DNA from: Atribacterota bacterium
GTDB taxonomy: Bacteria > Atribacterota > Phoenicimicrobiia > Phoenicimicrobiales > Phoenicimicrobiaceae
Direction: 5' to 3'
Length of the DNA: 11,831 nucleotides
Assembly (NCBI GenBank): GCA_038203565.1
Contig: JBBRDV010000042.1
Span: forward strand, 1 to 11,831
Below are positions 1-7,823 of this stretch, piece after piece (the stretch's first letter is position 1; each line of letters starts with the position of its first letter). The notes beneath the pieces are model-generated. The model was given only the letters and a program-made list of their open reading frames with translations. It was not told the origin of the DNA and searched no databases. A program made the position numbers and the translations under genes.

Positions 1-920
1 AACCCGAGAAAAAGAAAATATCTTTAGGTTTAAAGCAATTATTATCTAACCCCTGGGAGGATGTTAAGAAAAAATATTCTATTGGTTCGGTCGTGGAAGG
101 GAAAATCACTCAAGTAACTTCTTATGGAGCCAATGTAGAACTGGAAACGGGAGTATCCGGCGTAATTCATTTATCTGAGATTGATTGGGAATATGTAGAA
201 AGACCTTCTGCGGTACTTAAAAAATATATGGTACTCCCCCTAAAAGTAATAAAAATTGATGAGGATGCCCACTTAATATTTTTAAGCAGAAAACGGACTT
301 TATCCAACCCCTGGGAGGATATAGATAAATTTTATAAAATAGGTTCTGTTGCAAAAGGCAAGGTAATAAGAGTGCGAGACTTTGGAGCATTTATTAAATT
401 GGACAAGGGAATAGAAGGATTTGTTCCTGTATCAGAAATAGATTGGGACAGAATTAGTCATCCGAGTGAGAAATTAAAGAAAGACCAGGAATACGATTTT
501 AAGGTAATAAAAATAGATAAAGAAAAATCACAGCTGACTTTAAGTAGAAAAAAATTATTAGCAGACCCCTGGTTAGATATTAAAAGGAAATATGCAGTTG
601 GAACTTTAGTGGAAGGTAAGGTAGTAAATCTTACCGATTTTGGTGCCTTTGTAAACTTAGAAGAAAATATTGATGGTTTAGTCCCTTTAATAGAGATATC
701 CCACGACAAAATAGATAATCCGAAGAGCGTTCTTTCAGTGGGAGAAGAAGTGACAGCTTTGGTGATAAAATTAGACAGCCAAAGGAAAAAGATAAGTTTA
801 AGTATTAGAAGAGCTGAAAAAGAAGAACAAAAAAGATTTATGAAAGAGTATAATAAAAAACAGAGTGTAGATAAAATATTGTTTAAGGATTTATTTGGAG
901 ACTTGTTTACAAAGAAATAA
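1..920 (+). CDS. rpsA: 30S ribosomal protein S1 (C-terminal part, 5' end outside the window)
   Basis: The frame is open from position 3 (PEKKKISLGLKQLLSNPWEDVKKKYSIGSVVEG...), so GTG at 93 is internal. Three full S1/OB repeats plus the tail of a fourth are visible (GKV..V.DFGAFI.L..GIEGFVP.SEI, ISLS.R, NPW/DPW linkers). Ends TAA at 918-920. Confidence 0.9.
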   Translation, partial: PEKKKISLGLKQLLSNPWEDVKKKYSIGSVVEGKITQVTSYGANVELETGVSGVIHLSEIDWEYVERPSAVLKKYMVLPLKVIKIDEDAHLIFLSRKRTLSNPWEDIDKFYKIGSVAKGKVIRVRDFGAFIKLDKGIEGFVPVSEIDWDRISHPSEKLKKDQEYDFKVIKIDKEKSQLTLSRKKLLADPWLDIKRKYAVGTLVEGKVVNLTDFGAFVNLEENIDGLVPLIEISHDKIDNPKSVLSVGEEVTALVIKLDSQRKKISLSIRRAEKEEQKRFMKEYNKKQSVDKILFKDLFGDLFTKK

Positions 921-947
921 ATTAATAATACGGCGGGAGTTATATAA

Positions 948-2663
948 ATGGAAATGCCCGATAAAGCTTTTTCCAACAAAAGAATCGGAGATATTTTAAT
1001 TGAAAAGGGATTAATTACCACCAAACAGTTAAAAGAAGCCCTTGAAATGCAAATAAACGGTAATCAAAAACGATTGGGTGAAATATTCGTTGAAACAGGG
1101 GTAATAACCAGGGAAGAACTATATGAGGTTTTACAATATGTTTACGAAACAGAATATGTAGACCTATCTAATTATGTAATAGACCCGGAAGTTATATCTC
1201 TTATACCTGAAAAAACTGCCTTACGGTTAAAATTAATCCCCATAAGTAAAAATAATGGTGAATTAGTTATTGCTATGGCTAACCCATTAGATGTTTATGC
1301 TATAGATTTTGTAAGAGACCATACCAAGGTTAAAAAGATTAAATCATTGATGGCTCCTGAAGAAGATATTCTAAATGCTATTACTAATTATTATGAATTG
1401 GGTGAATATGATGACATCATTGAAAAATTGGGAACAGAAGTAATATTTAAAGAAGATGAAGGCGAGGAAGATTCTAAAAAATTAGAAGCAATAAGTAGGG
1501 AAGCCCCTATTATACAGCTGGTAAATATGTTAATTGTACAAGGAGTTAAGGACAGGGCAAGTGATATTCATATTGAACCAAATGAAAAAGGGCTTTTAAT
1601 TCGTTTCCGTATTGATGGAATGCTTCATGATATTAGAACTTTACCTAATACCATAAAATCCGCGATTGTATCCCGGGTAAAAATATTATCCAAAATGGAT
1701 ATTGCTGAAAGACGCCTTCCCCAGGATGGACGTTTCCAGGTAAAATTTGGAAACAGGGAAGTTGACTTAAGAGTTTCTACTATACCTACGGTATTAGGTG
1801 AGAAAGTTGTTATGAGATTATTGGATAAAAGTAAAGGATTGATAAAATTAGAACAACTTGGGTTCATCCCTGAGCAATTAGAAGAATTTAAATCGATAAT
1901 TTTTAGATCTTATGGAATAATTTTACTTACCGGACCTACTGGTAGCGGAAAAACTACTACTTTATATGCCACTTTAAACGAAGTAAATTCTAAGGATAAG
2001 AATATTATAACTGTTGAAGACCCGGTAGAATATAAATTAAACAGAATAAATCAAATCCAAGTAAAACCGAAAATTAATTTAACTTTTGCCAATACACTAC
2101 GCTCAATATTAAGACAGGATCCGGATATTATCATGATCGGGGAAATAAGAGATGCTGAAACTGCTCAAATTGCAGTTCAAGCAGCTTTAACCGGACATTT
2201 GGTTTTAAGTACTCTTCATACGAATGATGCCCCCAGTGCTGTAACCAGATTGATCGACATGAATGTTGAAACATTTTTAATTTCATCTTCGGTAATAGGG
2301 GTAATAGCTCAAAGGTTGGTTAGAGTTATATGCGAAAATTGCAAGGAGGAATATGTGCCTGGAAAAGATGTAATAAGCGGACTACATTTAAAGGCTAACT
2401 CGAACAATGATGGTAAAGTTAAACTGTATAGAGGAGCAGGCTGTTCTTTGTGTAAAAAAACAGGATATTATGGAAGAACTTCTATATATGAACTTATGGT
2501 CTTGGATGAGGATATTAGGGAATTAATAATCTCGAAAGCTTCTAGTAATATTATCAAAGATGCTGCTATTAAAAAAGGAATGAAAACGCTAAAGGATAGC
2601 GGGCTGGAAAAAGCATTGCAAGGGATTACTACTATTGAAGAAGTGCTAAGAGTGGCAGGATAG
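948..2663 (+). CDS. pilB: Type IV pilus / T2SS assembly ATPase PilB/GspE family (PilB-1) with intact N-terminal MshEN motif
   Basis: GGGAG RBS before ATG 948; ASDIHIEP, ERRLPQDGR, Walker A GPTGSGKTT, Asp box TVEDPVE, Walker B LRQDPDIIMIGEIRD, His box TGHLVLSTLHTND, tetracysteine CENC...CSLC; N-terminal RIGDILIEKGLI...LKEALEMQ followed by RLGEIFVETGVI. Confidence 0.92.
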   Translation: MEMPDKAFSNKRIGDILIEKGLITTKQLKEALEMQINGNQKRLGEIFVETGVITREELYEVLQYVYETEYVDLSNYVIDPEVISLIPEKTALRLKLIPISKNNGELVIAMANPLDVYAIDFVRDHTKVKKIKSLMAPEEDILNAITNYYELGEYDDIIEKLGTEVIFKEDEGEEDSKKLEAISREAPIIQLVNMLIVQGVKDRASDIHIEPNEKGLLIRFRIDGMLHDIRTLPNTIKSAIVSRVKILSKMDIAERRLPQDGRFQVKFGNREVDLRVSTIPTVLGEKVVMRLLDKSKGLIKLEQLGFIPEQLEEFKSIIFRSYGIILLTGPTGSGKTTTLYATLNEVNSKDKNIITVEDPVEYKLNRINQIQVKPKINLTFANTLRSILRQDPDIIMIGEIRDAETAQIAVQAALTGHLVLSTLHTNDAPSAVTRLIDMNVETFLISSSVIGVIAQRLVRVICENCKEEYVPGKDVISGLHLKANSNNDGKVKLYRGAGCSLCKKTGYYGRTSIYELMVLDEDIRELIISKASSNIIKDAAIKKGMKTLKDSGLEKALQGITTIEEVLRVAG

Positions 2664-2669
2664 AAAAAC

Positions 2670-2723
2670 AGTATATAGATAGTATATAGTATATAGATAG
2701 TATATAGTATTTAGTATTTAGTA
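2670..2723 (+). repeat. Tandem heptamer array (AGTATAT/AGTATTT) with an 18-bp higher-order duplication
   Basis: agtatat-agat-agtatat / agtatat-agat-agtatat / agtattt-agtattt-agta, starting 6 nt after the pilB-1 stop. Confidence 0.9.
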
Positions 2724-2724
2724 G

Positions 2725-2765
2725 GAAAGAAGGAGACAGAATTCAGAATTCTATCTCCTTCTTTC
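2725..2765. other. 19-bp inverted repeat (stem-loop) upstream of alaS
   Basis: gaaagaaggagacagaatt (2725-2743), loop cag, aattctatctccttctttc (2747-2765); 18 of 19 positions complementary. No clean U-tract follows, so a terminator role is uncertain. Confidence 0.85.
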
Positions 2766-2854
2766 TGAATTATATTTCCTTAACGAGATTTAAATATGAA
2801 TTTATTCTAACTTTAGTTCTTGTACTTGAATTTTATCCTTCTCTTATTTTCTTT

Positions 2855-2880
2855 GCTAAATACTATATACTAAATACTAA
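2855..2880 (-). repeat. Inverted copy of the heptamer array (ACTATAT/ACTAAAT)
   Basis: gctaaat-actatat-actaaat-actaa; 2856-2872 is the exact reverse complement of 2698-2714 (17 bp). Confidence 0.85.
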
Positions 2881-2941
2881 TTTATATTCTGACTCCTGAC
2901 TACATAGGTAAGTAATTCTAAAAGAAGGAGAAATGTTTTTA

Positions 2942-5599
2942 ATGAAATACATGTCTAGTGGCGAAATCAGAGAAAAATTTTTAAAATTCTTCGAAAGCAA
3001 AGGACACAAAATAACCCGGAGCGCTTCCCTCGTACCTTCAGATCCCAGTATTTTACTAACCATTGCCGGAATGGTCCCCTTTAAGCCAATATTTTTAGGT
3101 CAGGTAAAATCATCATTAAAAAGAGCTGTCTCCAGCCAGAAATGCATTCGAACAAACGATATTGAAAATGTAGGAAAGACCGCCCGACACCATACTTTTT
3201 TCGAAATGTTAGGAAACTTTTCTTTTGGCGATTATTTCAAAGAAGATGCCATTAAATGGGCCTGGGAATTTTTTACTGAAGTGATAGGATTTCCTGAAGA
3301 AAAATTATGGGTCTCCATATTTAAAGATGATGACGAATCCTATGATATCTGGCACCATCTTATAGGTCTTCCCGAAATAAGAATTGTCAGATTGGGGGAA
3401 AAAGATAATTTTTGGAAAGTAGGTCCGACTGGACCTTGCGGACCTTGTTCCGAAATATATATAGATTTAGGCCAAGAGAAGGCATCAAAAGAAGGCGGAG
3501 GGGTAGGTGTAGATGAAAGATATCTGGAATTATGGAATTTGGTGTTTATGCAATACAATCGCGAGGAAGACGGTTCATTGACTCCTTTACCCAAAAAAAA
3601 TATTGATACCGGTTTAGGTTTAGAAAGGATCGCCTCTGTTTTACAGAAAGTTGATACAGACTTTGAAACAGATTTATTCTTACCCATTATAGAATTTGTT
3701 GCCCAGAACGCAGGTATAAAATATAAAGAAGACCAGAAAAAGGACTTAGCTCTAAAGGTAATTGCTGATCATGTAAGGGCTTTGGTCTTTATGGTTTCTG
3801 ATGGTATACTACCTTCCAATGAAGGCAGGGGTTATGTTCTTCGAATGCTATTAAGAAGAGCTTTTCGCTATGGAAAAGTTATTAACTATAACCAACCATT
3901 TTTATATGAAGTAGCTCCGGTAGTAATAGGTTTAATGAAAGAAGTATATCCGGAAACCTATGAAGCGGAAAATCGTATCTGCCAGGTAATCCTTGCCGAA
4001 GAAAAAAGATTCCAGGAAACTTTGAATATTGGAATACAAATATTAGATAATTTAAAGGAAGAATTAAAACATAAAAATAAAGACAAGCTTAGCGGAAAAG
4101 AAGCCTTTAAACTTTATGACACCTACGGATTCCCTAAGGTGTTGACTAGGGATATCCTGGAAGAAAATGGCTTTGGATTTTCTGATGATGATTTTGAAAA
4201 TGAAATGAAAATTCAGAGGGAAAGGTCTCGAATAAACAGGTTGAGTGGTACATCCAGTAGTAAAATTAGTACAAAAGGTAGTTCACTTACTATTAAAACC
4301 TCTCTGGAAGCTTTAAAAGAACGGGGAGAGACAGAATTTATAGGATATGATTCTCTTGAAGCAAAAAGCAAGGTAATTGCTATTACCAAAGAAGATAAAT
4401 TGGTAGATAAAGCAACAGCGGGAGATAAATGTAAAATATTTTTGGAAAAGACACCATTTTATGCTGAAAAAGGCGGTCAGGTGGGAGATAAGGGAGTTAT
4501 AACCTCCACATCTAAAAACGATCTATTAGTAGAAATATTAGATACCCAAGTCCCTATCGAAGGTCTAATTGCCCATTTTGCCGAAATAAGTAGAGGGGAA
4601 ATAAAAGTTGGCGAAGAAGTATTTGCCAGGGTAGATTCAGTACAAAGGAAAGCAATTGAGCGGAATCATACCGCTACTCATCTTCTGCATGGAGTACTTC
4701 GGGATGTATTGGGGGGCCACGTTAAGCAATCCGGCTCCGCAGTAAACAACCATCATCTTCGTTTCGATTTTAGCCACTTTGCTCCTTTAACTATGGAAGA
4801 GTTGGAAAAAATAGAAAATTTAGTAAACGAAAAAATATTGGATGAGTTAAAAGTAGAAACGAAGATTAGCACTTTTGATAAAGCAAAAGAAATGGGAGCG
4901 ATAGCCCTCTTTGGCGAAAAATATGGCGAACAGGTAAGAGTGGTAAAAATCGGAGAATTCAGCTTGGAATTATGCGGAGGGACTCATCTAAATTCTACTT
5001 CCAACATCGGTCTGTTCAAAATATTGAATGAAGAGGGTATAGGAAGCGGCTTAAGAAGGATTGAGGCAGTAACCGGTGTTAGAGCTTTAAAATATATTAA
5101 AGGAAAAGAAGGTATTATCCAAGAAGTTTCGGACAAATTACAAACCGTACCTTCTGAAATACTAGTTAAGATTAATCAGATAATAGATGAAGCTAATCAT
5201 ATGAAAAAGAAAATTAAAATTATTCGTAATAAGTTAGCCCATTATGAAGTTGATAAATTACTATTTGAAAAGAAGGAAATTAAAGGAGTAAATATTATAT
5301 CACTCAAAGTTGAAGCAGAAGATGATAATGACTTAAGGCATTGGGGAGACTTAATTAAAGATAAGATTAAATCTGGCATTGTAGTATTGGGGACAGAATT
5401 AGATAATGGCAAAGTTGCATTATTGGCTATGGTTAGCGATGATTTAGCAGAAAAAGGTTACGATGCAGGAAATATCATAAAGGATATTGCTCCTCTAGTT
5501 GGTGGAAAAGGCGGGGGCAAAAAAACCATGGCTCAGGCCGGAGGGTCAAAAGCAGATAAACTAACCCAGGCATTAGAAAAAGTATACGAAATTATTTAG
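2942..5599 (+). CDS. alaS: Alanine--tRNA ligase
   Basis: EIREKFLKFFESKGH, AGMVPFKP, HHTFFEMLGNFSFGDYFK, GPCGPCSEI, IDTGLGLER, editing-site NHTATHLLH and ELCGGTH, C-Ala GGKGGG..MAQAGG. AAGGAG ends at 2930; ATG 2933 is too close to it, so ATG 2942 is preferred. Confidence 0.98.
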   Translation: MKYMSSGEIREKFLKFFESKGHKITRSASLVPSDPSILLTIAGMVPFKPIFLGQVKSSLKRAVSSQKCIRTNDIENVGKTARHHTFFEMLGNFSFGDYFKEDAIKWAWEFFTEVIGFPEEKLWVSIFKDDDESYDIWHHLIGLPEIRIVRLGEKDNFWKVGPTGPCGPCSEIYIDLGQEKASKEGGGVGVDERYLELWNLVFMQYNREEDGSLTPLPKKNIDTGLGLERIASVLQKVDTDFETDLFLPIIEFVAQNAGIKYKEDQKKDLALKVIADHVRALVFMVSDGILPSNEGRGYVLRMLLRRAFRYGKVINYNQPFLYEVAPVVIGLMKEVYPETYEAENRICQVILAEEKRFQETLNIGIQILDNLKEELKHKNKDKLSGKEAFKLYDTYGFPKVLTRDILEENGFGFSDDDFENEMKIQRERSRINRLSGTSSSKISTKGSSLTIKTSLEALKERGETEFIGYDSLEAKSKVIAITKEDKLVDKATAGDKCKIFLEKTPFYAEKGGQVGDKGVITSTSKNDLLVEILDTQVPIEGLIAHFAEISRGEIKVGEEVFARVDSVQRKAIERNHTATHLLHGVLRDVLGGHVKQSGSAVNNHHLRFDFSHFAPLTMEELEKIENLVNEKILDELKVETKISTFDKAKEMGAIALFGEKYGEQVRVVKIGEFSLELCGGTHLNSTSNIGLFKILNEEGIGSGLRRIEAVTGVRALKYIKGKEGIIQEVSDKLQTVPSEILVKINQIIDEANHMKKKIKIIRNKLAHYEVDKLLFEKKEIKGVNIISLKVEAEDDNDLRHWGDLIKDKIKSGIVVLGTELDNGKVALLAMVSDDLAEKGYDAGNIIKDIAPLVGGKGGGKKTMAQAGGSKADKLTQALEKVYEII

Positions 5600-5647
5600 T
5601 ATATCGTATATCGTGAGGAAAACGGTAAATTAGTGAATCGAGGAATT
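5598..5647 (+). repeat. Short heptamer array (agtatat-cgtatat-cgt) followed by degenerate octamers
   Basis: 5598-5614 overlaps the alaS stop codon; 5624-5647 reads ggtaaatt-agtgaatc-gaggaatt, with the last unit containing the GAGGA RBS of ruvX. Confidence 0.6.
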
Positions 5648-5652
5648 GTATT

Positions 5653-6084
5653 TTGAGAATTTTAGGAATAGATTTAGGCGAAAAAAGAATTGGAATTTCT
5701 ATCAGTGACGAATTGGGAATTACCGCTCAGGGTCTGCCAACCATTAATTCAATTAACGAAATAGAAGATTTAAACCATATAAAAGAGATTATCGAAAAAT
5801 ACGGGGTAACAAAAATAATTTTAGGTTTACCCAAAAATATGAACGGGTCTTTGGGTAAGCAGGCCCAAAAGGCTATATCCTTTGCAGAAAAACTTAAATC
5901 ATCTTTCCAGCTGTCCGTCGAGTTAGAAGATGAAAGATTAAGCACCAGCAAAGCTGAAAAATTTTTAATTGAAACTGACCGAAGCAGAAAAAAAAGAAAA
6001 AAAGTTATTGATAAAATGTCAGCAGTGATAATTCTCCAATCTTTTTTGGATAGAAGGATGATGAACAAAGAGATAAAAAAATGA
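5653..6084 (+). CDS. ruvX: YqgF/RuvX-family RNase H-fold nuclease (putative pre-16S rRNA nuclease)
   Basis: TTG start after GAGGA; MRILGIDLGEKRIGISISD, GLPKNMNGS, DERLST, IDKMSAVIILQSFLD; usual position after alaS. Confidence 0.95.
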   Translation: MRILGIDLGEKRIGISISDELGITAQGLPTINSINEIEDLNHIKEIIEKYGVTKIILGLPKNMNGSLGKQAQKAISFAEKLKSSFQLSVELEDERLSTSKAEKFLIETDRSRKKRKKVIDKMSAVIILQSFLDRRMMNKEIKK

Positions 6085-7034
6085 ACTTTATTAATAAACT
6101 ATTTTTTATATTTTCTTTGTTTTTTTTGATTGCTATTTTATTTATTACCGCTATATATTTCCCTTTAGATGAAAATTCTGCTACCCAAAAAGTTGTTAAT
6201 ATTCCCTCAGGTACTAACGCCGAAGAGATTGTGGATGTATTAGAAAAAAATGAAATCATTAAAAAAAATAATTATACATTCAGAATTTTAACCAAATTAT
6301 TGAAATTAGAAGACCATTTAAAATATGGCGAATATAACCTCAGCCCCTCAATGAATATGCTCCAAATACTGGATAAATTAGTAAAGGGAGAAGTAATAAC
6401 CTACAAAATAACTATTCCAGAAGGTTTTACTTATACTCAAATTGCAGAAATACTGGAAAAAAAGGAGATCGTAGAGAAAGAAGCTTTTTTAAAATTAGTA
6501 AAAGATAGCGAAAAAACTTCCGAAGGTTACCTATTCCCTGACACCTACGAAGTACCTAAAAAATACGGAGCAGAAAAGATGATCCATGTAATGTTATCCA
6601 ATTTTAATCAAATAGCCATAGAAAATAAATTTACAGCTGCAGCTGAAGAAATAGGATTTTCTCTGGATGAAATCATTATTTTAGCTTCAATTATCGAGAA
6701 GGAAGCTAAATTTAGCGCTGAAAAAAATAAAGTATCTTCTGTTTTCCATAATCGGTTAAAAATTGGCATGAAATTACAATCATGTGCTACTATTCAGTAT
6801 ATTTTAGGAGAACCGAAAGAAAAATTATACGAAAACGATTTAAAAATAGATTCTCCCTACAACACTTATCTTTACAAGGGTCTTCCTCCTGGTCCAATCT
6901 GCAATCCCGGCCTTGATTCAATCATAGCCGCCCTTGAACCAGAAGAAGGAGATTATTTATTTTTTGTATTAGGAGAAGATGGCAGGCATATATTTTCCAG
7001 AACCTATCAGGAGCATCTAATGAATAAAAAATAG
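6081..7034 (+). CDS. mltG: Endolytic transglycosylase MltG (YceG family)
   Basis: N-terminal TM helix, ITIPEG, EGYLFPDTY, ASIIEKEA (catalytic Glu), LQSCAT, DSPYNTY..GLPPGPICNPG; ATGA overlap with the ruvX stop. Confidence 0.95.
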   Translation: MNFINKLFFIFSLFFLIAILFITAIYFPLDENSATQKVVNIPSGTNAEEIVDVLEKNEIIKKNNYTFRILTKLLKLEDHLKYGEYNLSPSMNMLQILDKLVKGEVITYKITIPEGFTYTQIAEILEKKEIVEKEAFLKLVKDSEKTSEGYLFPDTYEVPKKYGAEKMIHVMLSNFNQIAIENKFTAAAEEIGFSLDEIIILASIIEKEAKFSAEKNKVSSVFHNRLKIGMKLQSCATIQYILGEPKEKLYENDLKIDSPYNTYLYKGLPPGPICNPGLDSIIAALEPEEGDYLFFVLGEDGRHIFSRTYQEHLMNKK

Positions 7035-7078
7035 AAAAAGTTAACCAAAGGTGCCTGGCACCTTTGGTTAACTTTTTT
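7035..7078 (+). terminator. Perfect 43-bp palindrome; probable intrinsic (possibly bidirectional) terminator or REP-like element
   Basis: aaaaagttaaccaaaggtgcc-t-ggcacctttggttaacttttt: 21-bp arms (7035-7055, 7057-7077) around one T; begins right after the mltG stop and ends in T6. Confidence 0.7.
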
Positions 7079-7091
7079 AGAGGAAAAGCGA

Positions 7092-7625
7092 TTGTTTGAA
7101 ATATTAAGACCAAAAGTTTATGTTAATTCAGTTTATAATATAGATTTAATGAAGTTAAAAAAAATAAAAAACATTAAAGGTATTATTGTAGATTTAGATA
7201 ACACTTTAGTAGCCTGGGGGAAGAAGGAAGTTAGTCCAAGAATTATTGATTGGATCAAGGAAGCAAAAAAAATAGGATTTAAAATATGTATAGTTTCCAA
7301 CACAAATTCTAAAAGAGCTGCAGAATTTGCAAAAATATTTGATATCCCTTATCATTCAAAATATTTTAAACCTTTTAGTGTAGCCTTTAATAATGGCCTT
7401 AAAATTTTAGAGACAAAAAAAACTGAAACCGTGGTAATAGGAGACCAAATATTTACCGATATTTGGGGAGGTAATAGATTAAAGCTCCTAACTATTTTAG
7501 TCATTCCTATAGTTAAAAAGGATTCTATAGGAACATTCCTTCATCGTAATTTAGAAAAAATACTAATCTCTTTTTGGCTAAAAAAAGGTAAAATAAAAAA
7601 AGAAGTTGGTAATTGGCCAAAGTAA
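7092..7625 (+). CDS. yqeG: YqeG-family HAD IIIA phosphatase
   Basis: TTG start after AGAGGA; motif I IIVDLDNTLV, motif II IVSN, motif III KP, motif IV VIGDQIFTDIWGGNR. Confidence 0.92.
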   Translation: MFEILRPKVYVNSVYNIDLMKLKKIKNIKGIIVDLDNTLVAWGKKEVSPRIIDWIKEAKKIGFKICIVSNTNSKRAAEFAKIFDIPYHSKYFKPFSVAFNNGLKILETKKTETVVIGDQIFTDIWGGNRLKLLTILVIPIVKKDSIGTFLHRNLEKILISFWLKKGKIKKEVGNWPK

Positions 7626-7628
7626 ATT

Positions 7629-7659
7629 AGTATATAGTATATAGCATATAGTATATAGT
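7629..7659 (+). repeat. Tandem heptamer array AGTATAT x4
   Basis: agtatat-agtatat-agcatat-agtatat-agt, starting 3 nt after the yqeG stop. Confidence 0.9.
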
Positions 7660-7775
7660 TAAAGAAAGAAAAGAATGAAAGAAAAAATAGATAATTTTCA
7701 AGATTTAATTAGAGTTAACTGGTAAGCAGGCAAACAAATAAGCCGGATAACTAATTTATACTTAATGTTATCTTG

Positions 7776-7799
7776 ACTATATACTCGATACTCGATACT
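7776..7799 (-). repeat. Inverted heptamer array (actatat-actcgat-actcgat-act)
   Basis: Its reverse complement matches 7636-7659 at 19 of 24 positions; it lies just upstream of the GGAG RBS at 7809-7812. Confidence 0.75.
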
Positions 7800-7823
7800 G
7801 TTTTAATCGGAGAATTGATACCT

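Noticed and set aside
42..320. Direct repeat ttatc(t/c)aacccctgggaggat at 42-62 and 300-320
   Set aside because: 258 nt (86 codons) apart and encodes the LSNPWED linker of successive S1 domains; explained by protein repeat structure.
2670..2880. CRISPR array
   Set aside because: Units are 7 bp and tandem with no unique spacers; no cas genes nearby.
2664..2941. T-box riboswitch or tRNA upstream of alaS
   Set aside because: No T-box consensus, no recognisable stem I motifs and no tRNA cloverleaf; the region is dominated by short repeats.
6120..6127. T8 tract in mltG (also A8 runs in alaS and pilB-2) as phase-variation sites
   Set aside because: Runs this short are expected in AT-rich DNA and all frames are intact.
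7773..7823. 17-aa N-terminal extension of the DUF3307-like ORF from TTG 7773
   Set aside because: It runs through the heptamer array with no RBS; ATG 7824 follows GGAG and begins at the family motif.
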